Under the pieces are notes generated by a model. The model was not told the DNA's origin and made no database searches. It was given only the letters and a program-made list of their open reading frames with translations. From Camelus dromedarius (taxonomy: Eukaryota), in NCBI RefSeq assembly GCF_036321535.1, contig NC_087436.1:21454001-21518000 (forward strand): a stretch of DNA of 64,000 nucleotides, read 5' to 3'. Both the position numbers and the translations under genes were made by a program. This document shows, piece after piece, positions 37,985 through 51,106 of the stretch (position 1 is its first letter; each line of letters opens with the position of its first letter).

Positions 37985-38537
37985 AAAGAAATAAGCCATC
38001 AAGCCGCGGAAAGACATGGAGAAACCTTAATAGCCTATTGCCAAGTAAAAGAAGCCAGTCTGAAAAGGCTACATATTTCATGATCCCCACTGTATGACAG
38101 TCTGGAAAAGGCAAAATTAAGGAGAGAGTTAAAAAAAAATACATATATAATAAATAAATGTTATATAAATATATATAAAGTATTTATAAAATATATACGT
38201 GTGTATGTGTGTATATATATATATTTATATTGGTGGTTTTCGGGGATTAGGAGGAAGAGGGGATGAATAGGTAGAGCACAGGGAATTTTTATGGCAGTGA
38301 AACTATATGTAATGATGGACACACGACAAGCATTTATTAAACCCACAGAATGTAGGACACAGAGTAAATGCTAATATATCAGTATTGTTTCATCAGTTGT
38401 AATAAATGTACCACACTAATACAAGTTGTTAGTAATAGGATAAAATTGGGAATGAAGGAATATGAAAATCCTTTAAACCTGGGAAATTTTTCTCTAAACC
38501 TAGAACTACTCTAAAAAATAAAACCTATTAAAAAAAA
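37985..38537 (+). mobile_element. Second L1 3' end (L1MC-like) with A tail
   Basis: aaagacatggagaaacctt...gaagccagtctgaaaaggctaca..., ending aaaaaataaaacctattaaaaaaaa. Confidence 0.8.
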
Positions 38538-38549
38538 GTCTTCAAACAC

Positions 38550-38972
38550 ATTATGAAAGATTTTATTTACTCCATCTGTTCTGGGTCCAGGAACCTTTAT
38601 TGTAGGGTCAAGCAGGGTTTGGCAGTTCTGGGATTTGATTTTGCCATGCTTGCAAGTTAATAAGTTAGCTTGTTACATCAGTGCATGAGCATCAGTATGT
38701 TTGCATTGGCCCTCATTCACATGGGAGTGACCAGAGGGCCTAGTTGGGAGCCTGCACATGCTGTTGGTTATATTATAACTGAACTTGGGAATCCACTGTT
38801 TTTATAGCAAGCAGTAAGCAAGCCTGCTCTTTATTTGGGATGGGTGAATTACCTTATTTCTCAAGGTTGCTCTCTGCAAACACAACTTTGAGAAATGGCC
38901 TGGGCAGACAATGGTCAGGACTTTGTGTTCTTGGCACACCCTGCGAAAGTGTGCAGATCTCCTCTCCCAATG
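38550..38972 (-). mobile_element. Old solo LTR (family unassigned)
   Basis: LTR-like layout on the minus strand with AATAAA (tttatt) and TATA (tttata); resembles old eutherian ERV LTRs. Confidence 0.5.
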
Positions 38973-40254
38973 AGTCCCTTTAGTTCTGGTATCTCTTTCT
39001 AAGAGTACTTAGAGAAAAAAATGCTTCATATTAGGATTTCTAAAAACAACAAATACACATTTTCATGTACAGTTGACTTACATATAGGTATATAAAGTTA
39101 AATATGGAGTTTTCACAAATGGAGCCCTGATGTCAATTTCCATTTCCTTTTTAATAAACTTTCTTCTTTGTTCTGGTGCAATCTAGATTTGTTTTCTTCC
39201 AAGTCTTCCTGATCTTCCTTTGGAGGGTTCCATGCAAATCTGCCATGGAATGGTGACTTCCAAAGCTCTTAATACTGTTTGCAGAAATTTATATATGCGT
39301 GGGCAGTTTCTAGAGCTTACTTTAAATACGGTCTTTTCCTTGTAAGACTGCAGTGAACCTTGTTCTCTTTGCCTTGCCCTGTTTTCTACAAGGCTATGGT
39401 CTACTCCCTTTGGCAGGAAAAATTGCTCCCTGTTTGATATCTAGACTGAAAACAAAATCACAGTGGGCAGAAACATGGCCACCATAATGCTTCCTGGGTA
39501 ACATTATTAGATAATCTTCCACTTTTATGCATCTGTGCCAGGAACATTGTTGTTTAATTATTTTATTCTCAGTATTGTGTGGGTTGTAAAAATCCATGAA
39601 AATATGATTTAACATTCAACCTACAAATGTATAAAAAATGAATGTCCTTAATGAATAAAATGGGGTAAGACTAAATTGAGTGCCCATAGTTTATAACTAT
39701 CATTTGTGTAATAAAGGCTGTGGAATGCCTATGTCATTTAATTTCAAATCAAATCAATACTCTTTTATCCTCCAAATAATACTTTAGTCACGTATGCTAA
39801 TTATTGCTATTACTGAAGTTGATAGAGTTAACTTATATCTCTTTCTTTGCTTATCCCCATTGTCTGTAACTTAGCAATAAGGAGATAAAATAGCTTGCAT
39901 AATCTGAGCATAGAGAGAAAAAGAAACTCATCAAACCTCTTGCTAATTTTCATAAACCTCCAGTCATATTTTATTGTTTCACAATTGACCAGCCTGTGCC
40001 TCTTTTGGGGGCAGCACAGAGGGGTTATGCTCAGTGGAATATCAAAGGGTCATTACATTTTGAGACATGGAGTAAAAATAATAGTTTTCTTTGTTTTTAC
40101 TTCTCCTGACATTAGTAACTCCCTGGGTGGAAGTCACATATATTTAGAAACTGCATTAACATTTTAAGGCCATTTTGGTGCTAGTTAATAAATTATACCT
40201 TCATTGTACTAAAATAGCACCTGGATGGACATTCCAATGGACTTTCAGAAACAG

Positions 40255-40640
40255 AGTAGTGTAGCAAGGCAGTGTTATTTACAAATAGGAACAAGAGCTC
40301 AGCTGGAGAGTTAGACTGCCTGGGTTTAAAACCTAGTGCCACGATTTACTAGCTATATGACTTTGGGAAAACTAATCTCCAGTCTTCAAGCTTCTTATAT
40401 AATAGTAATGAACATAGAACATAGAGCTTTCAGATGATTAAATGAGATAATCCATGGAAGACACTTAGCTTAAGTGCCTGTCACATCATATTCACTCTGT
40501 AAGTGATAGCTCTTACTATTTCTTGGCATTATTATAATATATTGATAATAGTGAACTTAATGAATGCTTGTTATGAGCTTGGCACTGCATTTTCATAAGC
40601 ATTGGCTCGTTTAATCCTCACCAGTGTCCTCTGAGGTAGT
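40255..40640. mobile_element. Two MIR fragments, tail to tail
   Basis: Plus strand: ctgcctgggtttaaa...ctagctatatgactttggg...attaaatgagataa. Minus strand: tttaatcctcac...ctctgaggtag. Confidence 0.6.
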
Positions 40641-41179
40641 AATCTTAACACAAAGGATTGTGTTAACAAATCAGACAAGAATCAGAGATCTCACTAGCAC
40701 CGTTGGGTGAAATGATGATTTGGCATACTTAACTATGCTCTAAGTTTGCCAGGAGGTTTGTCATTAATATGTTCATAAGGAGATTTAGCTAGGTCAACTT
40801 CCTTCTTTCCTAGAAGCCTTACTTTTGTGAAGGGAGAGAATGGATTGCAGGATACTGTTAGCAAGTTTCTTCCCAGTCAGGCACTGTTATTATTTCCACT
40901 TAAAATTTAAAGACATTGGGGCACAGAGAGGCTAAATTAGTTGCATAAAGTCGACCAGCTAGTGATGATGGAGCCTGGATCAAAAAGATGATGGTTTATG
41001 GAATACCCACACGTGAGGCACTAAATTGCATACAACCAAACTCACATTTAAACCAAGCTCAATCAAACTCACATTTAATTTCTCAATAACTTAAAATTTG
41101 AAAGAAGATATTCTGATAGATACATAAAATACACAAATATTTAGCAACACATTGAGAGAGAGTATTATACAAACCTGAT

Positions 41180-42645
41180 ATTCCAGTTTCCCTTTCTCAG
41201 GAATGGCACCACCATCTAGCAAACCAGAAGTCTAGGAGTTGTCCAAGACACTTGCCTGCTTTCCTCTTCTTCACCCCCATATTCAACACCCCATAACAGA
41301 TTCTGTTGTTTCTACCTCCTACATAACTTGGTAAGTAATTCAATTTGCTTCACTTTTCTGTATTCCCTAGTCTTAAGTATAATCTTCTGTCTTCTGAACT
41401 ACTGCAATAATACATTTCCAGATAAGAAAGTAACCTATACAAGTACCCTCTTAAAATATGGTCTCCATACCACTTGCAAAATGATCTTTCAAGTTGCAAA
41501 TCTGATCATGTCATTCCTGTACTTAAATATATTAAGGATCCCCATTCTTAAAAAAAGAACAGAATTCTCTATTATGGTCTATGAGGCACAACATGGCTTA
41601 GCTCCCAACTATATTTCTAGCCTCAGTTCACACTGTGCTCCCCCATGTTCTCTGTAGTTCAGCCACACTGGCCATTTTGCAAACTCTTGTAATTTCAGTG
41701 CTTCCTCCTTCCAAATAGTTTTTACATATGCTTTTCCCTGTTGCTTTTTTTTTTTTTTTAATTTATCCTACTGACCTTAGTTTAGTTATTTTTTTTTCTC
41801 CATAAAGCCACCTCTCACCTGTTTGACAAGGCCAAGTTCCCCATTCCAAAGCATGGACTTCAGGTAATTTCACTGAAAAACAGTTGACTTAGATAGAGTT
41901 GGTTCCGTGAATGACCAGTTTGCTAAAAGCAAATTTGGCAAAAGCCAACTTTCAGAAGACCAGTTCATCTTACTGGTCTTGGATGGTTCTCTGCAGCAAT
42001 CTTTCTGGAAGGGGCTTAAGTCTACAGAAAGTAAACTGCATTTAAGGAGAAGCCTACCATTTGCTTACATTAGAGTACTAGATTTTTGGGCTTACAAGAA
42101 GGACTTGGCATCTGAAATGTGAAAACATGAGATTGACATGCAGCCCAGACAGACTGTCAAATTTGGGGTTAAAGAGCTGTCACGAAAGGACTGAATTAAA
42201 ATTTCTGTGAAATGAAGTCTTCAAAAAAATCCTCAGTAATTCAGTAAATTGGTCACTTGATGAAATTATGATTTGGCAGACTGCTTTTCATCAAATTGAT
42301 TTTCTAGAAATTGGTTTTTGGTGAACTAGCTTTCAGTTAATTGTCTGTTAGGGAATTCAGCGAATCAATCATTTGGAAAATTGGCTTTTGGCAAATTGGC
42401 TTTCTGCAAATTGATTTTTGGCAAATTGGTCTTCTTATGGCATCATGTACCTCACCTTGCAGCACTTTTCATAGTTAACGTTTTCCACTTGTTTTAGGAT
42501 TACTGGATGGGTAGTGTTCTCCCCCACTGTACATAAGCATCACCAGGGGAGGGGCACTGTCTGTTTTTATTCACCATTTTATTCTCAGCTCCTGGCACAG
42601 TGTCTGGCACAAAGTAAGTACTCAATAAATATATGTAGAATGAAC
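41180..42645 (+). mobile_element. L2 3' region, interrupted at about 41860-42435
   Basis: Pyrimidine-rich L2 body ending cacagtgtctggcaca...tactcaataaatatatgtagaatgaa. Confidence 0.78.
41862..42434. mobile_element. Foldback-like putative DNA element with inverted 15-bp subterminal arrays (family unassigned)
   Basis: Right array AAATTGGCTTTTGGC with period 15 (42378, 42393, 42408, 42423; also 42278-42352). Left array is the reverse complement with period 15 (41916, 41931, 41946, 41961). Confidence 0.6.
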
Positions 42646-42819
42646 TTTAAAATAACATGTTGCTATAGATCAAAATGGAATAGAAATGGATTTTGGGTAC
42701 CACTCAGTGGGGCTTAATTACCAGTTATCTAGAGGAACTGATTCTGAGGCAGTTGACTTTAGATAAGTGCCTGTATGAATGCTGTGTATATAAGGTGGTA
42801 CCATTTTAACTTGGCAATA

Positions 42820-43040
42820 ATAACAATCGCTAACCTTTCTATATCACTTATTTCATGACAGACTTTACAGTTATTAACTCATTTAGTCCTTGCAAAAATT
42901 CTGTAAAGTAGAGTCCTACTGTTTTCCTTATTTTATAGATGAGGAAGCTGAGCCATGGTGAGGATAAGAAACTTGCCAAAGGTCACGCACCTGCTTGAAC
43001 ACAGGTGTTCAAGCTGGCTTGTGTTCAACACTGGCTTCAG
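42820..43040 (-). mobile_element. MIR SINE
   Basis: MIR core ttttatagatgaggaagctgag...aacttgccaaaggtcac. Confidence 0.75.
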
Positions 43041-45899
43041 CACTATACTAGCCAATATGTTGCAGTTTTCTTGACTCAGGAAACTGAAATTTTGGTCAAA
43101 ATTAGGTAATGAGGAGTGAGCAGTTTGTAACTTCTAACATTTCTTAGGATAGACATGGAGGAATAAACAGGTTATGAGAAAGGAAGGGTATTCCAGGTGT
43201 AGTTACTAATGTGATCTAAGAATGCAATTCTGAAAATTGTCATGGAGCATAATGTTTGACGATGGGCTAAATGATGGCTGGACGTGATAGGAAACAGGAT
43301 TTTTGAGGGAATTTCTGTGTGTCCACTGGCTTTCTGAAAACTCCCAAAATATACAGCATGTATGAAAACAGGGTGCTTGCAGCAAGCACAGCATCAATGC
43401 AAAAAGCCCTCTATTTACTGCAACTAAAACAGTGTCCTCGCTGTGCAGTCAGCTGTAAGACAGTTTTTCTAATGTCGCTTTCTTACCAGATTGTTGCTCC
43501 AAGTTCCTTCTGTATAGAAATTCTGGAGCTGACTCTAGTTCCCATAGGGTTACCTGGGAGGGAATGAAAGCAATAGAGGTGGGAAAAGGATCAGTAATAA
43601 CTATGGACAGCAGGGAGTGAGATTCAACAGTTCACGGAGGCCTTGTTACCATTTTTGAAATAATAATGCAAAGCATTAGCTTGCTGTGCAGAAAGAGAGA
43701 GAATGAGGACTTACTGCTTTAATGTAAGCCTTTGTATTTATCGTTTCCGGGGGAGGGGTACTTTCATATATACCACGTTTAATTTTTACAACAATTTGCA
43801 AATGAAGTATTATTCTTCCTATTTTACAGATAATGAAACAGATTCAGGATGAGTAATTTTCCCAAGGTCTTATATGTAGTAAGTGATCTTGGGAAACTAA
43901 TCAAGATTTACCTTATTTCAAACCCATTGTAATTTCCTGCCCTTGTAGGATATTGTAATGTAGGGGCAATAATGATCATGTTGAAGAGTGGATGTTTGTT
44001 CTCAAGCACACAGCACACAGAATGTGAAGGAAAGCAAAGTTTATGCTAAGGAATAAGTGCTGGTGAATGATACAAAGAAAAGAGATGCCTTGGTGAATAG
44101 GGCCTGTTTAATGAAATGGAGTAATGTGTTACCATAGCCATCTGTCAAACATAACGGCAGTATATTGACAGCACAGTCATCTTTGGTTTGAAAATTGGAC
44201 TGAATGAGAGGCTCTTCCTGAGAACATGTCATCAAATTTATCTCCAAAGATTGGGCATACCTTTGAAAGAGACTTGATACATCAAATGAATGATAAACTA
44301 CTGTTTCTGTCAAGGTTTCTTTTCTCCGTAAGATGAAAATGTTGATTATTGCTAAACATTTTCTCAAGAATATAATAGCTGCAGGCCAGAATTGAAATGT
44401 TCAAGGTGATTCATGCAATCTTTCAGAAAGTTTCATCAGCAGTTCTCATTGGCTTTGCAGGAAATTGTTAATCTCATCAAATTCTATATAGGAAACAGGA
44501 ATGAATTCATGTGTATTTTTTTCATCACATTATGCTTGCTGGTTTTCTCCTATTGCCACCTATGGGAACTGCTGTCATTAGGCTAAAGGTTAAATATGTC
44601 ATTAGTCAAATTCATTGTTAAAATTTTTTGAGTTAAATATCAGCTTTTTTTCATATGTGCTAAAATCCTGACTATAACAAAAAGTAAACATACACTTCAT
44701 TAGATCTGTGCACATTTAAAATTCTAGACAGAGCTAAGGAAGGTATAGAATTTTTTCAGAATATTTAAGAGTCTGATGCATTATTTACTAAGAAATATTT
44801 TTTTGAAATAATATTTTCTATTTTGGATGGAGACAGAATTCTGAAAAACACCTTTCTTTTTAGAATTGTCTCTAGTCTTCAGCCATTTAAAAAATTCTCT
44901 GAACAGATTTCCTTCTCAAGTCTCCAGATGCATGCACACAATGACATAAATTTGTGACGAAGACTTGTGTGATGATACGGAAACTCAGCCTTTTAACTTT
45001 TTTGGGGGAATAATATCAGTAAAAGTTGTACATTTCCTTTTGTCTCTGAATGGATAATGCTGCTTCATTGATTTTGTGGTTTCATCTGTGAAGGAACTAA
45101 TCTTCCAATCTCTATTATAACTTTTTAATAACATAGCTTAAGTCAGGATTATATGACAGATGAAATTACTTCCAAAGAAAGCAGTAATGAAGAGATTAGT
45201 TACTTCCTAAGATTTGGTTTGCTGCAGAATCTTTTAAAAGCAGATCTGACTCAGCTATAAAAAAATGAGGTGTTCTGAATATTTCTTTCCTCTGATTCTT
45301 TTGAGGTGATAAGAGAATAGAATTGCTTTGTTTGTTTAAAGAGTGAACAATATTAATTTTTGTATGTGTGTTTGACTAAAAATGTGGTTGAATAAATAAT
45401 AGAGAAACTGCTGCTTCATGTAATATTTTTTTTCAGGGTATGGTTGATTAAGTTCTATAGGTTGTTGACAATTCAGAGTTTTAAAAATGTTTATAAAAAA
45501 TTCAGTATTACCTAACCATTCTTCTCAGTGGACTTCCTTTGGTATTGAAGATAGTTGTAAACATTCATCTCCCTTATGTTTTGGACAATCAACAAAGAAT
45601 CAGAAACAAGAGTCTTATAATAAATGACCTTAACTACTTACTTTGAGTTGGCCAAGCTTAATGGGTATGAATAGTATTTGCTGTGGAGGAAGTTTGCCAA
45701 TATTTTGGAAATGTGATTTGTGTGTTGACTACAAGTCTCTGTCTTTACCATTGACCTGATACTAATTTTCAGGTAGATTCAATTTGGGGAGACTTTCCCT
45801 CTCCATATGTCATTAACTCAGATACTATGAACTGTTTGCTTCATAGTTCACTGCATTTCTATTTGCTACTGTGTTTTAGATCAGATTTTTGGGTAGTGG

Positions 45900-47500
45900 T
45901 ATAAAGAATGGGCTGATGAGGCACAAAATAAGACATAAGGAGACCAGGTAGGATGCTATTACTGACCAGTTAGGACTAGCCAAGAAAGGATAGAGATTTA
46001 AACAAATATAATATCAATAGGGATGATGTTAATAAAATAATCTTTATTGAATGCTTTCTATGTGCTAGGCACAGTGCTAGGTATTGTACATGGATTGTTG
46101 CATTTAATATTCACCATGTCCCTATGAAGTGGGTTCCATTCCCATTTTGCAGAGAAGAATGAGGTCTAGAGAGGCTAAACATCACATAGATGTTATGCGG
46201 TCAGAGAGTGGTATAGCTGCGATTTGGCTCCATAGTCTACGCACACAACCACCATACAACAGACAGAAATATTTGAGAAGTAGAATTTAGCAACTGATTA
46301 GAAGCAGGGAGGATAATGATGGAGAGCTCAGGTGTAAGTCTTTGGACTCTGGGTTGGGCACTCTGGTGAATGATAATGCTTGTCTCTGGGTCAGGGAATA
46401 CAGAATGAAGAGCACTTTTGGAAGATTAGGGAGTAATAAGTTTAGTTCTGGACATCTTGATTTGAGGTGCCTTTGAGTCACATCAAGAGAGGTCAAATAG
46501 GCTATGTGAATCTGGAGCTCTGGCAGGAATCTGGGTCAGAATGCTTGGCATGATGTCTGGCATGGCTGTCAGTGAATATTCGTTGGATGAAATGACAGAT
46601 GGAGGGGAGAGAGAGAAAGAAAGAGAGAGGGAGTACAAGCACAGAGAATTGCTAATTATAAGAGTACTGTTGGTACTTGGGACTAAGGGAGTGAATAAAA
46701 TTTCTCAAGAACAGTGTGTCAAATTGAGAAAGAAGAGAACCCAGACTGACTCTGGGGCAAATCAATACTTAAGAGTCAGATAATGGAAGAGGAACTTGAA
46801 AAGATGACAGAGAAAGGAACTTTAAGACAATAATATCCCAAAAGCCAAGGAAATGGAAGGATTTTAAGGATAGTATTAATAATATTAAATGCCATAAAAA
46901 GAGGCCCAATAAAATAATGGTGATAAATAGTTAACACTTGTATGACATTTAACCATATACCAAGCAATGCTGTAAGTGTTTTATATGTATTAGCTCTTCA
47001 AGTTATATCTGTGATATAGGTGTTTTTATTAACCATGCTTTATGGATAAGAAAACAGAGAGATGAAATAACTTACTAAAGTAAGTGGCAGAGTCAAGATT
47101 GTGAACCCTGCAAGTGACTGCAAAGTTGATGTTCTTAAACCACTGTGATATTCTTGCTCACAGAAGCAGGGGCCAGAATGTATCTACTGGATGTGGCAGT
47201 TAGGAACTCATTTATTACTTGGAGAGTGCAGTTCAGCTGGGTAGTGTAGTCTTGAAGCAGGATGCAGTCAAGAGTGCAGGAGACTTCTCTTCCTGGGAGC
47301 TTGGCTATAAAGGAGAAACGAAAGAGTTGGGAAAAGGGATATCAGAGTTGAAGAATTATTTTTAGGAGAGATTTAGGGGTGTTTACTTGGTGAGATAAAG
47401 TGTCTTAGGGGAGAGATTTCGGGATATAACTGGGGAGAGATGGCAAAGGAAAATACTTGATGATTAGTATTGGGTTCTAAGCACTTTAGGAGATCTTCAA
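45900..47500 (-). mobile_element. L2 fragment with nested MIRs (~46030-46260, ~46925-47150)
   Basis: L2-like agtttagttctggacat...tttgaggtgcct...gaatctggagctc. MIR-like cccattttgcagag and tggataagaaaacagag. Confidence 0.6.
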
Positions 47501-50500
47501 CTTGGCCAAGAGTGAGGAACACCTGTCATACAAAAGGAGAGGGTTCATGGTTGGGTAGATATGCATATGGGTTTTTTTTTTTTTTTGACGGAACAAGGAA
47601 TATATTGATGGAGTTCATACTTCCTTTCAGTTGAAATTGCTTTTTTCATTTGTTTCCATTGCTCCAACCTACTATAGAACATGGAATATGGGAAGTAAGA
47701 TAAAACTCACCAAAATAGTTATAATAACTTTTTGAATCAATTTTTAGTTAGGTGATCTAACTAGGAATAGACTTTGAGGCAAGTGTCATTGTATTTATCA
47801 AAATAATCACCTTTTAAGAATTTTTAAGTTAAAGATTGTGAAAGGACAAAGTGAATGTTTGATTTACTTAGAGTTATTTAGGTGCTGAATGGAGTCTTAA
47901 CCCTCAGCCACATTTTTTACCATAGATTGTTCGCATTATTAAAGACATTTTCCCAATTAAATTTGTGAGTGCTAATGGATCATAGGCATTCTCTATAATT
48001 TCACACTTAAATGACTAGTTTATCAAAAATAGAATCTGACTCTGGGACATATGTGTTCACACAGATCATCAGTATGCAATTCCTGTTTGTTGTCTGCCAT
48101 TCCCATAAATAAATATTTATGATTTTGTAGCGTTTTATAGCTCATGTATTCTTTTGCTCTTGATAACTTTTCACATATTGTGAATTTGTAATACATTTTA
48201 TTACTGACAATAAGTAATAGAACAGTAATAAAGGAAAATAAGCTAGTGGAATAAATAACAAAAGTAGAAATATGCTAAGAGATGGTTTAGTGAACAACTT
48301 CCAATTTCACTTTGAACATGATTATATTTCTGTAAAAGAAATTTACAATAGACACTTGAAAAAATTATTTGACTCCTAGAATTGTGTGTGTGTTTGATAC
48401 TCAAGAGAAATTGAATGTCTTTGATGCTTTGTGGGAGCTACACACGCAACTTCTTGGCACTGGCAGTGTGCTGCTGAGTTGGTTATCTTGCCTGGTTTTC
48501 TCATTTGTAAAACGGGATGCTTATATCTCATAGTGTTACTATAGATAGAATTCAAGTGAGCCCAAATAAAATGTTCCTATGAAGTCAGTTAAGCTTTTAT
48601 TATCTATTTTATGAGGTCCAGGACGTTGTCTAGTATTCTAAGAGATTCCCAGGGATAGTTAAATGGTTTTAAAAAAACTTTCCTGAGAGTCTGCCGAGGT
48701 GCTTATTTAATTTAAATTTTATTTTAAATTTAAATTTTTATTTCTTGCATACCAAAGCACAGATACCACTCCAAGCTTACAACAAAAGCAGCCATTCTCT
48801 CCTCCACCCTCCCCACCCCCAATATCCTCTGTACTGCTTTCAACTCTTTTTTTAGCTTATGTCTTGTTATTTTATTTCCATCATGTTTCTGTATCAACTC
48901 TTTCTTGATTTTTAATTTTAATTTTTAAATTTATATTTATTTTAAAACACTTTAAAACAAAAAAAATTAATGATGAGATAATAATTTTTAAATTTTAGAC
49001 TTTCCTTTGGTTGACTTCCTACTATGGAAGATGACGATAAAGCTTTCATATGTCCCTCTCTCCCACCCACTGCATACCCAGCCACACTCTCCCTCTCTCT
49101 CTCTCCTCCTCAGACACATATGTCATGATTTTTGTGAAAATGAACAATAATTGTGTACCTAATTATAAACGTGTAAATATTGTTCATAGCTAAGCCATGT
49201 TTATATCTCCTTTCTTGTACAATATTTGTCTTTCATGGAACTAACAATTGCTTTAATTTTTTAAAAATCTGCTTTATCCCCACTGTGCTTCTTTTACTAA
49301 GTTTAGCTCCCAAATTTCCCATAGAACTTTGAAATTCTTCTTGACATGGTCAAATACATTGATAACTTGTCAGATTTACGTTTTCCCTGATGACAGCCCT
49401 CTCAGACCCTTGCTGGTCCCCACCTGGGACGGACTGCCCTGTGGGCCTGCTGAGACTCCTCTTCAGCATCATGCTGGGAACCCTCTCTGCCTACACCTTC
49501 ATCTGGGTGCTGCTTTCCATGTCTTCCTCCTTCTTGGATGGAGGTTGGATGTAGCATTATAAGTGGAAAATAATTTTCTCTTCGAATTTTGATGGAATGC
49601 CTCTTTTGTGTTTTTTTTTTCTAATACATACCATTCTTCCCCTGCAATTTGTATGTTGAGTGAATAATGAACTTAGATTTAGCCACATACCTTCAAGGAG
49701 CTCTGAGTTTGGAGAGTGGGTGGGATTTAGAAAGAAAAGGTTAATATTTGTATGTTTACCATATGTCAGGCAATAGTATAATATACTATCTAATTTAATC
49801 TTCGTAACATTTAACTGTATAATAAAGCAACTGAAGCTCAGAGAAGTTAAGTAATTGCCAAGATTACTCAGACATATAGAGATTTAAATACAAGTGTCGT
49901 TGGAGTACATGTGTTTCTCTTCCAACTACACTCAATAGCATCTTATTTTATCTCATTAAGTATTTTGGTTATAGTATTGCCTGGGGCTTAGATCCTGGTT
50001 TCATATCTGCCTCTTTCTACCTGAATTATGAGTTGATATGTGTAAAGTGCTTAGAGAAATATAATAGATATTGTATAATGTTAGCTCTTAGCTGACGTCA
50101 TTATTAAGATTGGTTTGGGTACTGCTGTCCCCTTCTCCCATTCTGTTTGCCTAGTTAACGTCTCATTCTTAAAGTTATCATTTTACTTTCACTTCCCTAG
50201 TAAAGCCATTCTAACTGGAAAAGCTTCACTCCCTCCAAAACTGGATTAATTTCAATTCACCTTTCACATTGTTACCTTACGGAACTTAGTGTGTCTCCTT
50301 CATATTGTAGTCTGTAATTATATATTTTTGTGAGTATTTGTTTCAAACCTGTTTTCCCTATTGAAGTCTAAGCTCCATGTCTGTTTTGCTCACTTTTGTA
50401 CTCATAGAACCTAGCAAAAACTCAGAATATATGTATTTTATAAATATTTGTTAAAATATTGGTTGCATAAATGAACACTGAGCATAGGCAAATCTGTTTT

Positions 50501-50886
50501 TTCCCTTTACTGAAGAAATACATATTTAATAGAGAGTTAAAGAGTAATAAACAATAACTGCTATCATCTTTTCCATGTTTCCTATGTATCTAAGTGTAGG
50601 GAGAAACCATTCAGAGATGGTGCAGTTTGTTTCATCATTAGTGGGTTGTGAAGTCAGTTTAGTGGGTTGTGACCAGCTTTAAAAAATGACATGAATGAAG
50701 AGAAAATATGAGTACATCACATATGATAAGGGGAAAGTGCTGTCTTATGAAACATCTGTTTCAGATTTCATGTATATCTGTATATCTACACATACACATG
50801 ATTATATCAAGTGGGTTGCATTGTAATAAAAATATTTTTTATTGTGAATATGGTCAAAAATTCTTGCCAAGTCAATCGCTTTAGAG

Positions 50887-51106
50887 CAGAGATTGGCAAA
50901 CTTTTTTCTGTAAAGGCCTAGCTAGTAAATATTTTCAGTTTTGTGATCCATGTGGTCTTTGTCACAACTACTGGACTCTTCCATTGTAGCATGAACGCAG
51001 CCTTAGGTAATGAGTAAAGAACTGGACATGGCTGTTTCCAGTACAACTTTACAAAAACAGAAGTCTGGGTGGCTTTGACCCAAAGGCCACAGTTTGCTGA
51101 CTCCTG
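50887..51106. mobile_element. MER58A-like hAT-Charlie MITE
   Basis: TIRs CAGAGATTGGCAAAC and GTTTGCTGACTCCTG, 220 bp. Degenerate 8-bp TSD CTTTAGAG/CCCTAGGG. Confidence 0.85.

Noticed and set aside
39120..39400. Possible processed pseudogene fragment on the minus strand
   Set aside because: I translated the three minus-strand frames and found no recognisable protein, poly(A) or TSD.
42246..42434. 15-bp periodic array as a CRISPR-like array
   Set aside because: Units are contiguous with no unique spacers, the context is mammalian and there are no cas genes.
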